Assembly: GCA_017469335.1 (NCBI GenBank)
Contig: JAFUGP010000151.1
Location: 1,422 to 33,421 of the forward strand
Direction of reading: 5' to 3'
From: Succinivibrio sp.
GTDB lineage: Bacteria; Pseudomonadota; Gammaproteobacteria; Enterobacterales; Succinivibrionaceae
DNA length: 32,000 bases
Shown here: piece after piece, positions 21,809 to 30,876 of the stretch
How positions within the stretch are numbered: position 1 is the first letter of the stretch
How the letters are laid out: each line of letters opens with the position of its first letter
Notes under the pieces: generated by a model
Databases searched by the model: none
What the model was told of the DNA's origin: nothing
Seen by the model: only the letters and a program-made list of their open reading frames with translations
Program-made: the position numbers and the translations under genes

Positions 21809-23686
21809 CTACTGCTCGGTATAGCTGGAAAGCACAAAATCATCGTTGATGTTCACTTCCTGATCGGGATCGCCGACCTCACCCGGCGTACCCTGCTCAC
21901 CCATTTCTGCCTGCTTGTGCAACAGCGGCATGGCTCTTGCCATCAGCTCATTGGCCTTGGTGGTGTTCTTGCGCACCAAATGTCCGGTTTTGTAGTACTG
22001 ACTGAGCGTGGTCAACGAGAGCACATCGTTGTGCTCACAGCCCTGCTTTAAGGTCTTGATGGCCATTTCATTATTGAGATCGGTACCGATGCCGCATTCA
22101 TAGCATACGGCCAGCGCCTGGAACACCATACTGTCATACTTCTCAGGATCATAATCGCGCACGGCCTTTGACAGCACCAAAAAGGCGTCGGAAAAAGCCA
22201 GGGGGATCAGATCGTCATCACGCCCCAAAATCTTGGAGGCAGCCTTGACCACCAGTTCGCTGAGCAGAAAGTAAGTGCTCATCTCGGCATCGCGCACCAC
22301 TAATATACCGTGCGCATACAGATCAACCAGCACGTGTATCGCCCTGATCACGCCGTTTTCGGCAGAGTCCTTCAGATAACTCAGGCCATCATAGATGCGC
22401 TGCTGAATTTCCGCATAGCGCTCGTCGTTGTAAATATATTTCTTTTTGGGATCAATTTTATAGGGGCGGTTCTGGATGACGCTCTCCTCGGTCTGCCCGG
22501 GATACTTTTTGATAAGCTCCTGCAGATCGCTGCGCGCCTGTCCCAGCAGCATCAATCCCACCATACACTGTGCCTCGGCGCTGCCCAATTCGGCTGCCGT
22601 CTTCATAAATTGAGCGCTTTTTTCGAGATCCTGATGCTTGGACTTGGGCGAGCCATAGATGTGGGCCAGAACAAAGGCCGCGGAGGGCTCATCATATTCA
22701 ACGGCTTCCTCCAGCAGCTTTAGGCCCTTATCCTCATCGCGGATCTCATCTTTGGTGCAGTAGAGCGTCCCCAGTTTGGCGAGCGCCGTCGGTTGCTGTT
22801 TACGTACCGCCCGCTTGAGGAGAGCCTCGGCTTTTTTGACGTCCCGGGGCACGAAAGCACCGTGCAAATAACAGTCTGCCAGTCGGGAGACTGCCAGAGG
22901 ATGAAGATTGCGGGCGGCGCGTTTGAGCAGTTTGATGCCCAGCTGATGATCCTGGTGGGAGACTTCGTCACTGAGGATCATCTGCGCGGCCTGTACCGCA
23001 CACATATCAGAGCCCTGCTCGGCACCGTAAAGAAAGATTTTCAGGGCCTTGAGCACATCCTGCGGGACCAGATGTCCTTGACGATAGCATTCACCCAGAG
23101 CAGTGAGCGCCAGGCCGTAGTCGCGATCGGCCGCGGCCCTGAGCCAGTCCAGGGCCAGATCGTTATGCTCGCCGTCATCGTCAATGGCGTAGTCATAATC
23201 AAGGATGGCATAGTGCAGTACCAGCATGGAGGAGGGGTCGCCCTTTTGGGCTTCAGGAAGTACTTCCTGCACCAGGTATTCGCGCTGCATCTGCTGCTCT
23301 AAGAATTCATCATCCTCATCGTCTTCAGAGGCGGTATCCTGATCATCGTCAACTAGGGTAAGTGACTCATCGGAGCTCTGCTTGGCGCGAAACTCGGCTT
23401 CCAGCTCCTCAAAAAAGGAGGGATCAAGACGCGGCATCAACGGGGTTTCATCGGTACCCACATAATCGTCTTCCTCCAGGTTGATCTCATCATCCTTACC
23501 GCCTAAGAGTGCGACCTTATCCTCCAGATTTTTGAGCATACTATCCTGCTCGGCAGACTTATCTTGCGCAGGTTCATCAAGCCAGGACAGCTTGCTTGAA
23601 GTGTTGCGAAAAGGCTTCACCGCCTGTTCGAGCAGATCGAAAAAAACCTCATCATCCTGAATGTCGAGTGCGGAGTTATCTTTCAT
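21809..23686 (-). CDS. Sel1-repeat protein with a highly acidic N-terminal region (625 aa)
   Basis: ATG at 23686 is preferred over TTG at 23743. Sel1-type repeats include ALDWLRAAADRDYGLALTALGECYRQG, IKLLKRAARNLHPLAVSRLADCYLHG and AAELGSAEAQCMVGLML. The N-terminal 150 aa is Asp/Glu-rich. Confidence 0.85.
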   Translation of the reverse strand: MKDNSALDIQDDEVFFDLLEQAVKPFRNTSSKLSWLDEPAQDKSAEQDSMLKNLEDKVALLGGKDDEINLEEDDYVGTDETPLMPRLDPSFFEELEAEFRAKQSSDESLTLVDDDQDTASEDDEDDEFLEQQMQREYLVQEVLPEAQKGDPSSMLVLHYAILDYDYAIDDDGEHNDLALDWLRAAADRDYGLALTALGECYRQGHLVPQDVLKALKIFLYGAEQGSDMCAVQAAQMILSDEVSHQDHQLGIKLLKRAARNLHPLAVSRLADCYLHGAFVPRDVKKAEALLKRAVRKQQPTALAKLGTLYCTKDEIRDEDKGLKLLEEAVEYDEPSAAFVLAHIYGSPKSKHQDLEKSAQFMKTAAELGSAEAQCMVGLMLLGQARSDLQELIKKYPGQTEESVIQNRPYKIDPKKKYIYNDERYAEIQQRIYDGLSYLKDSAENGVIRAIHVLVDLYAHGILVVRDAEMSTYFLLSELVVKAASKILGRDDDLIPLAFSDAFLVLSKAVRDYDPEKYDSMVFQALAVCYECGIGTDLNNEMAIKTLKQGCEHNDVLSLTTLSQYYKTGHLVRKNTTKANELMARAMPLLHKQAEMGEQGTPGEVGDPDQEVNINDDFVLSSYTEQ

Positions 23687-23840
23687 GGCAGGGACCTTGA
23701 AGCGTAAAGTGAAAAGTAAGAGCGCTGGGCTGACCTGCGACAATTATAACGCAACCGTCGGCCAGCCCCGGCCGTACAGCACACGCTTGCAAAAACCTGT
23801 GCCTCATCAGCGCCGGGTGATGATACTGCCGGCGAACTGA

Positions 23841-24782
23841 CTATTTCTCCCCCTCATCCTCTCCCTGATATTCCCAAAAGTGCACCCTGGAGCCGTCCGG
23901 TCCCGGAGCCTTGGGATCATAGACGATGTCCCGAAAGTTTTGAAAATCGTAGAGCTTGCGGTCAAAAAGATGGGAGGGGATCACGTTGGAGAGCGCACGG
24001 AACATGATGTCCCCGCACTTGGGATCGCGCGCCTCGAAACTTTTGAGCAGCGCCTTCATGGCTGCGCGCTCCTGATCCTCGCCAAAACCGCACAGACCCT
24101 TGGGCAGCAGCGGGAAACCGCGGACCGCAGCGAGCGCTGCCAGGTCACGCTCACGACAGTACACGAGGGGTCTTATGACGCACAGATCGTAGTCATCGGT
24201 GCGGTAGACCGGGGGCATGGTCTTGAGAATGCCGCTGTGAAACAGGTTCAAAAGCAGCGTGCACAGCACATCATCCTTGTGATGCCCCAAAGCCAGCTTG
24301 TTGGCACCCAGCTCTTGCGCCGCCCCGTACAAAAAGCCCCGGCGCAGTCTCGCGCACAGGGAACACCAGGGCTTGCCCTCGGGCAGTTTCTCCCGGCACA
24401 GCTCAAACACGGGTTTGTTCAGGATGTGATAGGTCACGCCCCGCTCCTTAAGGTAGCCCTCGAGCAGCTGCTCGGCACTGTCCGGAAAGCCGGGGTTGAT
24501 ATGCACCGCGATGAGCTCAAAGGGAATGGGCGCGGAGCGCTGCAATGAGAGCAGCAGTTCCAACAGCGCGTAACTGTCCTTGCCACCCGACATGCACACC
24601 AAGATGCGATCCCCGCGCTCAATCATGTGGTACTCGCACACGGCATGTCCGGTTTTGCGTCTTAAGCGTTTGAACAGCTTGTCTTGGCGGTACTTGTCCT
24701 TGCGCGCTGCCGCGAATTCTTCGGTTTGTTGCTCTGACTTACCATCAAGGCCGCTTGCTGCGGCAATTACCTGTTCTGTCAT
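23841..24782 (-). CDS. ttcA: tRNA 2-thiocytidine(32) synthetase TtcA
   Basis: The PP-loop is ILVCMSGGKDSYALL and the Fe-S cysteines sit in CSLCARLRRG...C. ATG at 24782 is preceded by GGGAG (the ORF track extends to 24833). The size of 313 aa is close to E. coli TtcA. Confidence 0.92.
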   Translation of the reverse strand: MTEQVIAAASGLDGKSEQQTEEFAAARKDKYRQDKLFKRLRRKTGHAVCEYHMIERGDRILVCMSGGKDSYALLELLLSLQRSAPIPFELIAVHINPGFPDSAEQLLEGYLKERGVTYHILNKPVFELCREKLPEGKPWCSLCARLRRGFLYGAAQELGANKLALGHHKDDVLCTLLLNLFHSGILKTMPPVYRTDDYDLCVIRPLVYCRERDLAALAAVRGFPLLPKGLCGFGEDQERAAMKALLKSFEARDPKCGDIMFRALSNVIPSHLFDRKLYDFQNFRDIVYDPKAPGPDGSRVHFWEYQGEDEGEK

Positions 24783-24856
24783 CGTACACTCCCTGAGCCG
24801 GTCACAGCCGGCAGGCTCGGAATAAAAGGGCACGACAGCTCATCCTGCCCGGAGCG

Positions 24857-25360
24857 TCACTCAACCTGCGTGAAAATGATTCTGTCAGGTACCTGTGAGC
24901 GCTCCACCTTCAGCAACAGCAGGGGGCGGATGGTGTAACTGCGTCCGCGCTCCCCTACCCTCACGGTGTAATCTACATGCAACGCCCCGCCCTCAAGGTA
25001 CAAGGCCTCAAGATGCACCTCTTCCTCATCGGCGCTGTCCTCCAGGACCACTCCCAACACCAGCTCGGTGGAAAAATCAACTTGCGTAGGCTCGCCGTCA
25101 GGTCCCATGAAGGCCGCCAGGCCGAAGCGCTCTGACAGCTCTTCCTCACTGCGGATCACCGCGCTGCCTGCTGTTTGCACGGCAAAATAATTGCGCAGAA
25201 TCGTGCCGCTCAGGGCCTCCCTCTGCGCTCCGCCTGCACCAGCAGCATAAGAGGGTCTCAGCGGCATTTTGCTCTCCTCGGCGGCAGCGGGCATCATCAC
25301 CAAAGCACCTGACAGTAACGCGCTCAGCAACACAGCGCCCTGCGCACACATAATCTTCAT
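24857..25360 (-). CDS. Secreted hypothetical protein (167 aa)
   Basis: ATG at 25360. The signal peptide is MKIMCAQGAVLLSALLSGALVMMPAAAEE. No family recognised. Confidence 0.65.
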   Translation of the reverse strand: MKIMCAQGAVLLSALLSGALVMMPAAAEESKMPLRPSYAAGAGGAQREALSGTILRNYFAVQTAGSAVIRSEEELSERFGLAAFMGPDGEPTQVDFSTELVLGVVLEDSADEEEVHLEALYLEGGALHVDYTVRVGERGRSYTIRPLLLLKVERSQVPDRIIFTQVE

Positions 25361-25401
25361 GAATACACTCTCAAATTTGCCAACCGGGAAAAGCACCAAA
25401 C

Positions 25402-26337
25402 TCAGTGCAAGGCGTCCGCTTCACGAGCCACACTCTTGGGGGTAAGCACCGCCACATCACAGCTGAGTCCGTCAAGAACCCGTTCACAGACATTGCCCCA
25501 TAAGGCCGCCTTAAAGGCCTTGCGGGCCCTGGTTCCCAGCAGCAGCAAGGTAGGTTTGAGCGCGGCGCACAAGGCGGGGATCACCTCATCGGGTCGTCCC
25601 TCCTGCACATGGCAGCGCTCTGCGCTCAGACCGTGCGCGGCGGCAAAGCGCAACTGTCTTTTGATGAGCTCCTGCAGCCGCAGCGCCTCCTGTTCGTGAC
25701 CGTCATAGCGCTCGGCGTAGCCGTCCAAGGCGTAAACCCGGGATTTGAAGACGGGAGTTAGGGCCTGCAGCAGATGGATCTGCGCCCCGGTGGCCATGCT
25801 GAAGCGTTGCGCCTGCCTGAGCAGCCTGAGATTGAGGGCGTGGCTCTGCTCACCCTCCGCGGCGAAATCTACCGCCACGGCGATAATTCCCCCCTCCGTC
25901 CACTCCTCGTGACCTGCCACCAGCAAAGGGGCCGGCGCATGGCGCATGAGCTGCAGATCAAGAGGTGGCCTGACCAGTTTGATAAGCGCCCCGTGGGGAT
26001 CGGCGGCCTTGATGATAAGCGAGGCCTCCAGGTGCTTGCACAGAGCGTTCAGGGCACGCCCTGCATCGGCGGCCGGCACGGCATGGGCCTGGCAATTAAC
26101 GCCAGGACAGTGCTGCTGCAAAAAACTCTCAAGCTCTGCTTTGGCCGCGGCAAGCGCCTGCTCCGAAGGTGCCGCTGCCCCCTCCCCGGCCACGGTCAGC
26201 ACCGCCGCCAGTAAGGATGAGCTCTCCGCATGCCGGGCCTGATTGAGTCTTATCACCGCCAGGGCCCGCTTTAGGGCGCGCTGATTGACACAGAGCTCAT
26301 CGAGCACCGCCACCGTGGTTTTGAGAGGCTGCGACAT
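25402..26337 (-). CDS. uspE: Universal stress protein E (tandem Usp domains)
   Basis: At 311 aa it has a tandem-Usp architecture. The C-terminus HVQEGRPDEVIPALCAALKPTLLLLGTRARKAFKAALWGNVCERVLDGLSCDVAVLTP parallels E. coli UspE ([58 protein letters not shown]). A GGAGGA RBS lies inside the upstream gene. Confidence 0.85.
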   Translation of the reverse strand: MSQPLKTTVAVLDELCVNQRALKRALAVIRLNQARHAESSSLLAAVLTVAGEGAAAPSEQALAAAKAELESFLQQHCPGVNCQAHAVPAADAGRALNALCKHLEASLIIKAADPHGALIKLVRPPLDLQLMRHAPAPLLVAGHEEWTEGGIIAVAVDFAAEGEQSHALNLRLLRQAQRFSMATGAQIHLLQALTPVFKSRVYALDGYAERYDGHEQEALRLQELIKRQLRFAAAHGLSAERCHVQEGRPDEVIPALCAALKPTLLLLGTRARKAFKAALWGNVCERVLDGLSCDVAVLTPKSVAREADALH

Positions 26338-26338
26338 C

Positions 26339-26932
26339 CTAATCCTCCGCGCAATAGCCAGTCACATACTCACGCAGCTGTGTCCAGGCCTTACGCACTT
26401 TGGCGACATAGCGGTTGTGAATGTCCTGATTGACGGAGTAGTGAAAATGATAATTCCCCACCCCGCGCCAGATGCGGCCGTCAGCCTTTTCAATTTCGCG
26501 TCGGATGAGGTAACCCATGGCCCAGACATTGTGGCAGGGCCGGGACTTGATATCGTCCTTAGTCAGGGAAAAACGCTTGAGCTCCTGCAGCCTGACATCG
26601 TTGATCTGCGCCGGTCCGCAGTCCTGCGTACCGTTGGTATTCTGCGAACACTTGCCGTTGATGGGCCCGCGTTCCACATAGAGTATGGAGTAGAGCAGTT
26701 CCTCGGGCAGCTCGAACTGATAGGCGGTCCAGGCTATGCAGTTGCGCAGAGCGTAATAACGGCTCATAGGCTGCACGTCGTAGGCAATTTCCCGCCAGTG
26801 CCCCTCGTCATCGCGACACTGCATGCGCTCGGCGTGCGCAAGGCCGCTGAGGCCGACCACCAGCGCCGGCAAAATCAGTGCCTGCAGGGATCGGCGCCCG
26901 ACAGCGCGGCAGACTGGATGATCAACGCTCAC
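26339..26932 (-). CDS. Specialised lytic transglycosylase (SLT domain, IagB/TrbN/VirB1-like)
   Basis: The signal-like N-terminus is followed by LLYSILYVERGPING...NGTQDCGPAQIND...RPCHNVWAMGYLIR...GVGNYHFH...NRYVAKV. This matches the pattern of secretion-system-associated transglycosylases (ESG...D.GLMQIN...PC.NI..G.YIL...YHS) from recall. The GTG start overlaps the upstream gene by 11 nt. Confidence 0.85.
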   Translation of the reverse strand: MSVDHPVCRAVGRRSLQALILPALVVGLSGLAHAERMQCRDDEGHWREIAYDVQPMSRYYALRNCIAWTAYQFELPEELLYSILYVERGPINGKCSQNTNGTQDCGPAQINDVRLQELKRFSLTKDDIKSRPCHNVWAMGYLIRREIEKADGRIWRGVGNYHFHYSVNQDIHNRYVAKVRKAWTQLREYVTGYCAED

Positions 26933-27692
26933 TGTAGTCCTCTTTCAATCCTATCACCGCCTCCTTCAAGGTCTCCTCTATAAGGCGCTGATCCTGTCTT
27001 TCAAAGTGCGGTGTGCTGGCCTTAGGATGCGGGCGGGGCACGGGTTTTAAGTCGGGAAAGATATAACCGTCTACTCCGCGGTGACTGCGGATCTTGATAT
27101 GATTGATGACCGTGGTGACCCGTACCCCGTCATGCATGAGGTTCACTGGACGCAAACTGAAGACAAGCGGGGTGTCATACCCCTCCAAGGTCACGGCCAG
27201 AGCACCCTGTGAGGCACCCTGCCCCTGGCGTACCAGCAGCTCGGAGGGTGAGGCGGTGATCTCGGCGCTGAACCCCTGGTGTTCGGCTCTGACGGAGGCT
27301 ATGTCCCAGGGCACCCCCTGCAGGTCGAAAAAGCGCAGTACCAAAGCCCCGTAATCCGGCACCCCTACTACGGATTGCGGTGAATATTCCATGGCCAGAC
27401 GCACCACGCCGGCACTGTCGTCTCCCGGCACAAACGGCGCGGAGTCCACCCCCACTTCCTCGGCCTCGGCGTTGTATTGTCTCACCCGGTCGGCATCATT
27501 GCGGCTCTCATCTAACTGCTCCTGGGTACGAAAATCACGCAGGGTCTGCGGCAGCTCGGGAGGGGGCGCCGGCACATTGACCTCGGCACGCACGCCCACG
27601 GCGTCCGCCGCAAGCATGAAGCCTAAACACAAAGGCAGTGCCGCCTCGCGCAGCCTCCGCTTCGGTTTGAATTTTTTTTTCAGATTGAACAT
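26922..27692 (-). CDS. Secreted protein, tentatively DotH/IcmK (TraN)-like
   Basis: ATG at 27692 gives the signal peptide MFNLKKKFKPKRRLREAALPLCLGFMLAADAVGVRAEV. The core LVLRFFDLQGVPWDIASV...GALAVTLEGYDTPLVFSLRP resembles my memory of the IcmK/DotH beta-rich core. The functional call is low-confidence. Confidence 0.65.
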   Translation of the reverse strand: MFNLKKKFKPKRRLREAALPLCLGFMLAADAVGVRAEVNVPAPPPELPQTLRDFRTQEQLDESRNDADRVRQYNAEAEEVGVDSAPFVPGDDSAGVVRLAMEYSPQSVVGVPDYGALVLRFFDLQGVPWDIASVRAEHQGFSAEITASPSELLVRQGQGASQGALAVTLEGYDTPLVFSLRPVNLMHDGVRVTTVINHIKIRSHRGVDGYIFPDLKPVPRPHPKASTPHFERQDQRLIEETLKEAVIGLKEDYSER

Positions 27693-27938
27693 GATGATGA
27701 GCCACCACAATTTTTCTCAAGTATAGCCTACCTCACCGCACTTGACTTAGACTCAGGGCGCATCTTGAGGGTAAAACTTGAATACAGGCGGTGATTTTTT
27801 GCATAATAAGAAAAAGTTAACCATAAGTAAGCCTGGGGTGCACCCTGACGCCTGCTGCTGACTTAGGAACCGAGGTCAGGCCTGAAGCTGACATCAACCT
27901 GTGCTGTGTTCAAAAAATAGCCGCTTAAACATCAAACA

Positions 27939-29042
27939 ATGCCCTCACACCCCACATCCTCTGCCCGTTTTAACACCAAGGCCGTTTCGACTGCGGCCCT
28001 GCCGCTGTGGCTGCGCACGCTAGGCACGGCCGCCGCTCTAATCTTGCTGATCCTGCTCTTTTTTGCCTGTCAGGGCGGTGCCCGTCAAACACGGCTCAAA
28101 AACCCTGACTTCCTGCAGCAAGGAGATAAGATTGCCCTCATCTCACCCTCCTACTATGAGACACCCGAGAACATCTCACAGGCCGCGCAGGTATTGCGCG
28201 CAGCCGGATTTGAACCGGTCATTGCTCCCAACACTGGCAATCCTTACCGGCGCGTTTACGCCGGCACCCCCCAGGAACGGTTGGAGGACCTGCGCTGGGC
28301 TCTGGCCGATCCCGCCATCAAGGCTGTCATCAGCAACCGCGGCGGCTACGGCACCATTCAGCTGCTCCCCAAGCTTAAACTGCAGGATTTTGCGCAACAT
28401 CCCAAATGGTTCATCGGCTTTAGCGACAGCACCACCCTGCTTGGATTGCAAAACCGCGCCGGAATGATGAGCATTCACGGTCCCATGAGCCGCACCATCG
28501 CCACCCATCCCCAGGATCGCAGCACCATCCTGCTTTTGGACCTGCTCAAAGGAAGGGTACCGCGTTATGCTCTGCCCCCGCACCCAGGCAATCTCAAGGG
28601 CCGCGCGCAGGGAGTGCTGGTAGGAGGCAACCTCAGTACCCTCTGCGCCAACTTGGGCTCCATTGCCGATCCCACGGCACTCTCTTCCGATCTCATCTTG
28701 TTCATCGAAGATATCGAGGAGACCGCGCGCAACCTCGACCGCCTGCTTTGCATGCTGGCCCTGCAGGGAGTGCTCGCGCGCTGCCGGGGGGTCATTTTGG
28801 GAGATTTCACCGCCTGTGAGAGCGACTTTGACTATACCAGCGCCGAAGCCCTCATCCGGGATCATGTAAAAGCTCTGGGCATACCCCTGATGTGCGGCTT
28901 TCCGGCCGGCCACGAGAGGGTCAACCTGCCTTTGGTGATGGGATCACAGGTGACGTTGGAGGTGGGAGATGACGGCGCCTTGCTGGAGTTTGACCTGGGC
29001 TCGGAGACAGCACAGGTTTACACCGCCTCCGAGACACACTGA
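27939..29042 (+). CDS. ldcA: LD-carboxypeptidase (peptidase S66, LdcA-like) with an N-terminal signal/lipobox-like segment
   Basis: S66 hallmarks are GDKIALISPS, SNRGGYGTIQLL, FIGFSDSTTL (nucleophile Ser) and GFPAGHE. The N-terminus reads ...AAALILLILLFFACQGG. Confidence 0.88.
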   Translation: MPSHPTSSARFNTKAVSTAALPLWLRTLGTAAALILLILLFFACQGGARQTRLKNPDFLQQGDKIALISPSYYETPENISQAAQVLRAAGFEPVIAPNTGNPYRRVYAGTPQERLEDLRWALADPAIKAVISNRGGYGTIQLLPKLKLQDFAQHPKWFIGFSDSTTLLGLQNRAGMMSIHGPMSRTIATHPQDRSTILLLDLLKGRVPRYALPPHPGNLKGRAQGVLVGGNLSTLCANLGSIADPTALSSDLILFIEDIEETARNLDRLLCMLALQGVLARCRGVILGDFTACESDFDYTSAEALIRDHVKALGIPLMCGFPAGHERVNLPLVMGSQVTLEVGDDGALLEFDLGSETAQVYTASETH

Positions 29043-29050
29043 ACACACTC

Positions 29051-30337
29051 TCAGTTCAGGGGTTTTTCCTGTACCCCGGACACGGGGTGCTCACGCACGC
29101 TGTAGCTCAGGAGTGAAGCGCCCAGCGCCAGCACTGCGTCTATCAGCCACAGCACAGTAAAGCCGCCCGCACTTTCGGCCAGCACCCCTCCCAAAGCGGC
29201 ACTGACAAAAGCCGAACTCTGGTGGGTGACAAAGGTCAGACCGAAGAGCGTGGCCATCTTGCGCACTCCGTAATGACGCAGGATAAGTCCCACCGTGGGC
29301 GACACCGTGGAATCGCTGGAGAGTCCCAGAAATACCGTAAAGAGAGCCAGCGCCCATACCGAGGAGGGGATCACCAGTACGATCAGAACCAAAAAAACGC
29401 GCATACCGTAGATGCTGCCCAATACCAGACGCATGGGCAGATGATTGCACAACAGTCCGCTTAAGGCCGAGCCCAGCACCGTGAAGATGCCGTAGAGCGC
29501 GAAGATAAACGAGGCGGTGGAACGGCTGATACCGAACAAGGTCAGCTCCGAGAAAAAATGCGTCTCCAAAATCGCCATGTGAAAACCGCAGGTGCCAAAG
29601 CCCAGCAGCAGGAACAAGTAGGTCCGATCCCGCAGCGCCTCCCTGAGCATGGCCAGCGCTCCCGTCTTCGCCTCAGGCTCGGTATCCTGCCCGGTGTCGC
29701 TGACTTTTAGCTCATTCTCAGGCTGCCCCTGCGAAGTTGAGAGCGCCTTATCCTCATGCGCCCCGGCCTTTTTGGCGCACAGCCACAAGGTGAGCGGAAT
29801 GATCAGCAACGCCGGCACACCCAAAAAGAACATGGTGCCCAAAAGACCCACCGCGACGCACAGATACTGCAACAGCGGCGCCAGCACGGTGGTTCCCACC
29901 CCGCTGCTGGCATTTAACAGTCCCGAAACCGTATTGGTCTGGGTGCTTTTGACCTGCCTGGCCACCACCGCGAGCAGCATGCCGAAGGAGACCGCCGCGC
30001 AGCCTGAGCCCACCAGAATGCCGAAGGCAAACAGCAGACTGACAAAAGACCGGCAAAAAGGAGTGAGTGCAAAGCCCGCGGTGAGCATGAGCGCACCGCC
30101 GATGAGCACCACTCTCTCCGAGCTCTTTAAGGCTAGCACGCCAAAGAGCGGCTGCAGCACCCCAAAGAGCAGCTGACAGACCGCCATGATGAAACTCACA
30201 TCAGCATAATTTAGACCGCTGGACTCACACAAGGGGGCCATCAGCACCCCGCAGTTGCCGCGCAGACCGCCGTTTAAACTGTAAATAAAGCAGATGACGA
30301 AGGTAAGGGTAAAAAGATTGCGTCGCCACAAACTCAT
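29051..30337 (-). CDS. MFS transporter (12-TM type)
   Basis: 428 aa and hydrophobic throughout, with a central hydrophilic loop (KKAGAHEDKALSTSQGQPENELK...). It has an ATGA start/stop overlap with the upstream marR-family gene. Confidence 0.88.
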   Translation of the reverse strand: MSLWRRNLFTLTFVICFIYSLNGGLRGNCGVLMAPLCESSGLNYADVSFIMAVCQLLFGVLQPLFGVLALKSSERVVLIGGALMLTAGFALTPFCRSFVSLLFAFGILVGSGCAAVSFGMLLAVVARQVKSTQTNTVSGLLNASSGVGTTVLAPLLQYLCVAVGLLGTMFFLGVPALLIIPLTLWLCAKKAGAHEDKALSTSQGQPENELKVSDTGQDTEPEAKTGALAMLREALRDRTYLFLLLGFGTCGFHMAILETHFFSELTLFGISRSTASFIFALYGIFTVLGSALSGLLCNHLPMRLVLGSIYGMRVFLVLIVLVIPSSVWALALFTVFLGLSSDSTVSPTVGLILRHYGVRKMATLFGLTFVTHQSSAFVSAALGGVLAESAGGFTVLWLIDAVLALGASLLSYSVREHPVSGVQEKPLN

Positions 30338-30876
30338 GGTCGGCCCTCCTGGGGTACTGCTTTTTGAGCGGGGGAGCTTAAGGATTCCCGCAGGGCCTTT
30401 TCCCTCTGTACCCTTGAGAGCAGGGACTGCTCGGTCAGCAGCGATTCAAACTCACCTAAGGCCGCGCTCAGGCTGAGGCGGGATTGCGCCTCCAGATGTT
30501 CCAGGGCACAGACCACATCGGCGCACTGCACCTTAAGCACTTCGGCCACCTGCTCTCCCCGGGCGCTGAGGGTTACAGGGTGAGTGCGGGCATCTGCAGG
30601 ATCGCTTACCTGTTCTACTAGCCCTGCCTCCAAAAGTTCGTTGACTACCTTGACCACGGCCTGGTGCGAGTACCCTATGTCGGCGGCAAGCTGGGCCGCA
30701 GTAAGTTGGTTGCGCTCGGTGAGAGCGTAGAAGACCGGAAACCACTTGGGCTTGAAATCAAGACCATAGAGCGCATAGATCTCGCCGGCCTGTGCGGTGA
30801 TGTAAGCGCTCAGCGCTCTTAAGCGGCTGCCTAAAGCCACTTTTCCCACCCGGTTGAAGAAGGCACTGCTTTCCAT
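30334..30876 (-). CDS. MarR-family transcriptional regulator
   Basis: The winged-HTH segment is LTAAQLAADIGYSHQAVVKVVNELLEAGLVEQVSDPADARTHPVTLSARGEQV. The gene is translationally coupled to the MFS gene. Confidence 0.88.
   Translation of the reverse strand: MESSAFFNRVGKVALGSRLRALSAYITAQAGEIYALYGLDFKPKWFPVFYALTERNQLTAAQLAADIGYSHQAVVKVVNELLEAGLVEQVSDPADARTHPVTLSARGEQVAEVLKVQCADVVCALEHLEAQSRLSLSAALGEFESLLTEQSLLSRVQREKALRESLSSPAQKAVPQEGRP

Noticed and set aside
22310-26983. Assorted + strand ORFs (22310-22723, 22793-23302, 23880-24548, 25774-26242, 26285-26983) opposite the Sel1, ttcA, uspE and SLT genes
   Set aside because: All are antisense to CDSs with clear family motifs and show shadow-ORF composition.
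28063-28913. ORFs overlapping ldcA (134 aa +, 245 aa -, 81 aa -, 68 aa +)
   Set aside because: They are wrong-frame or antisense to a CDS carrying the full S66 peptidase motif set.
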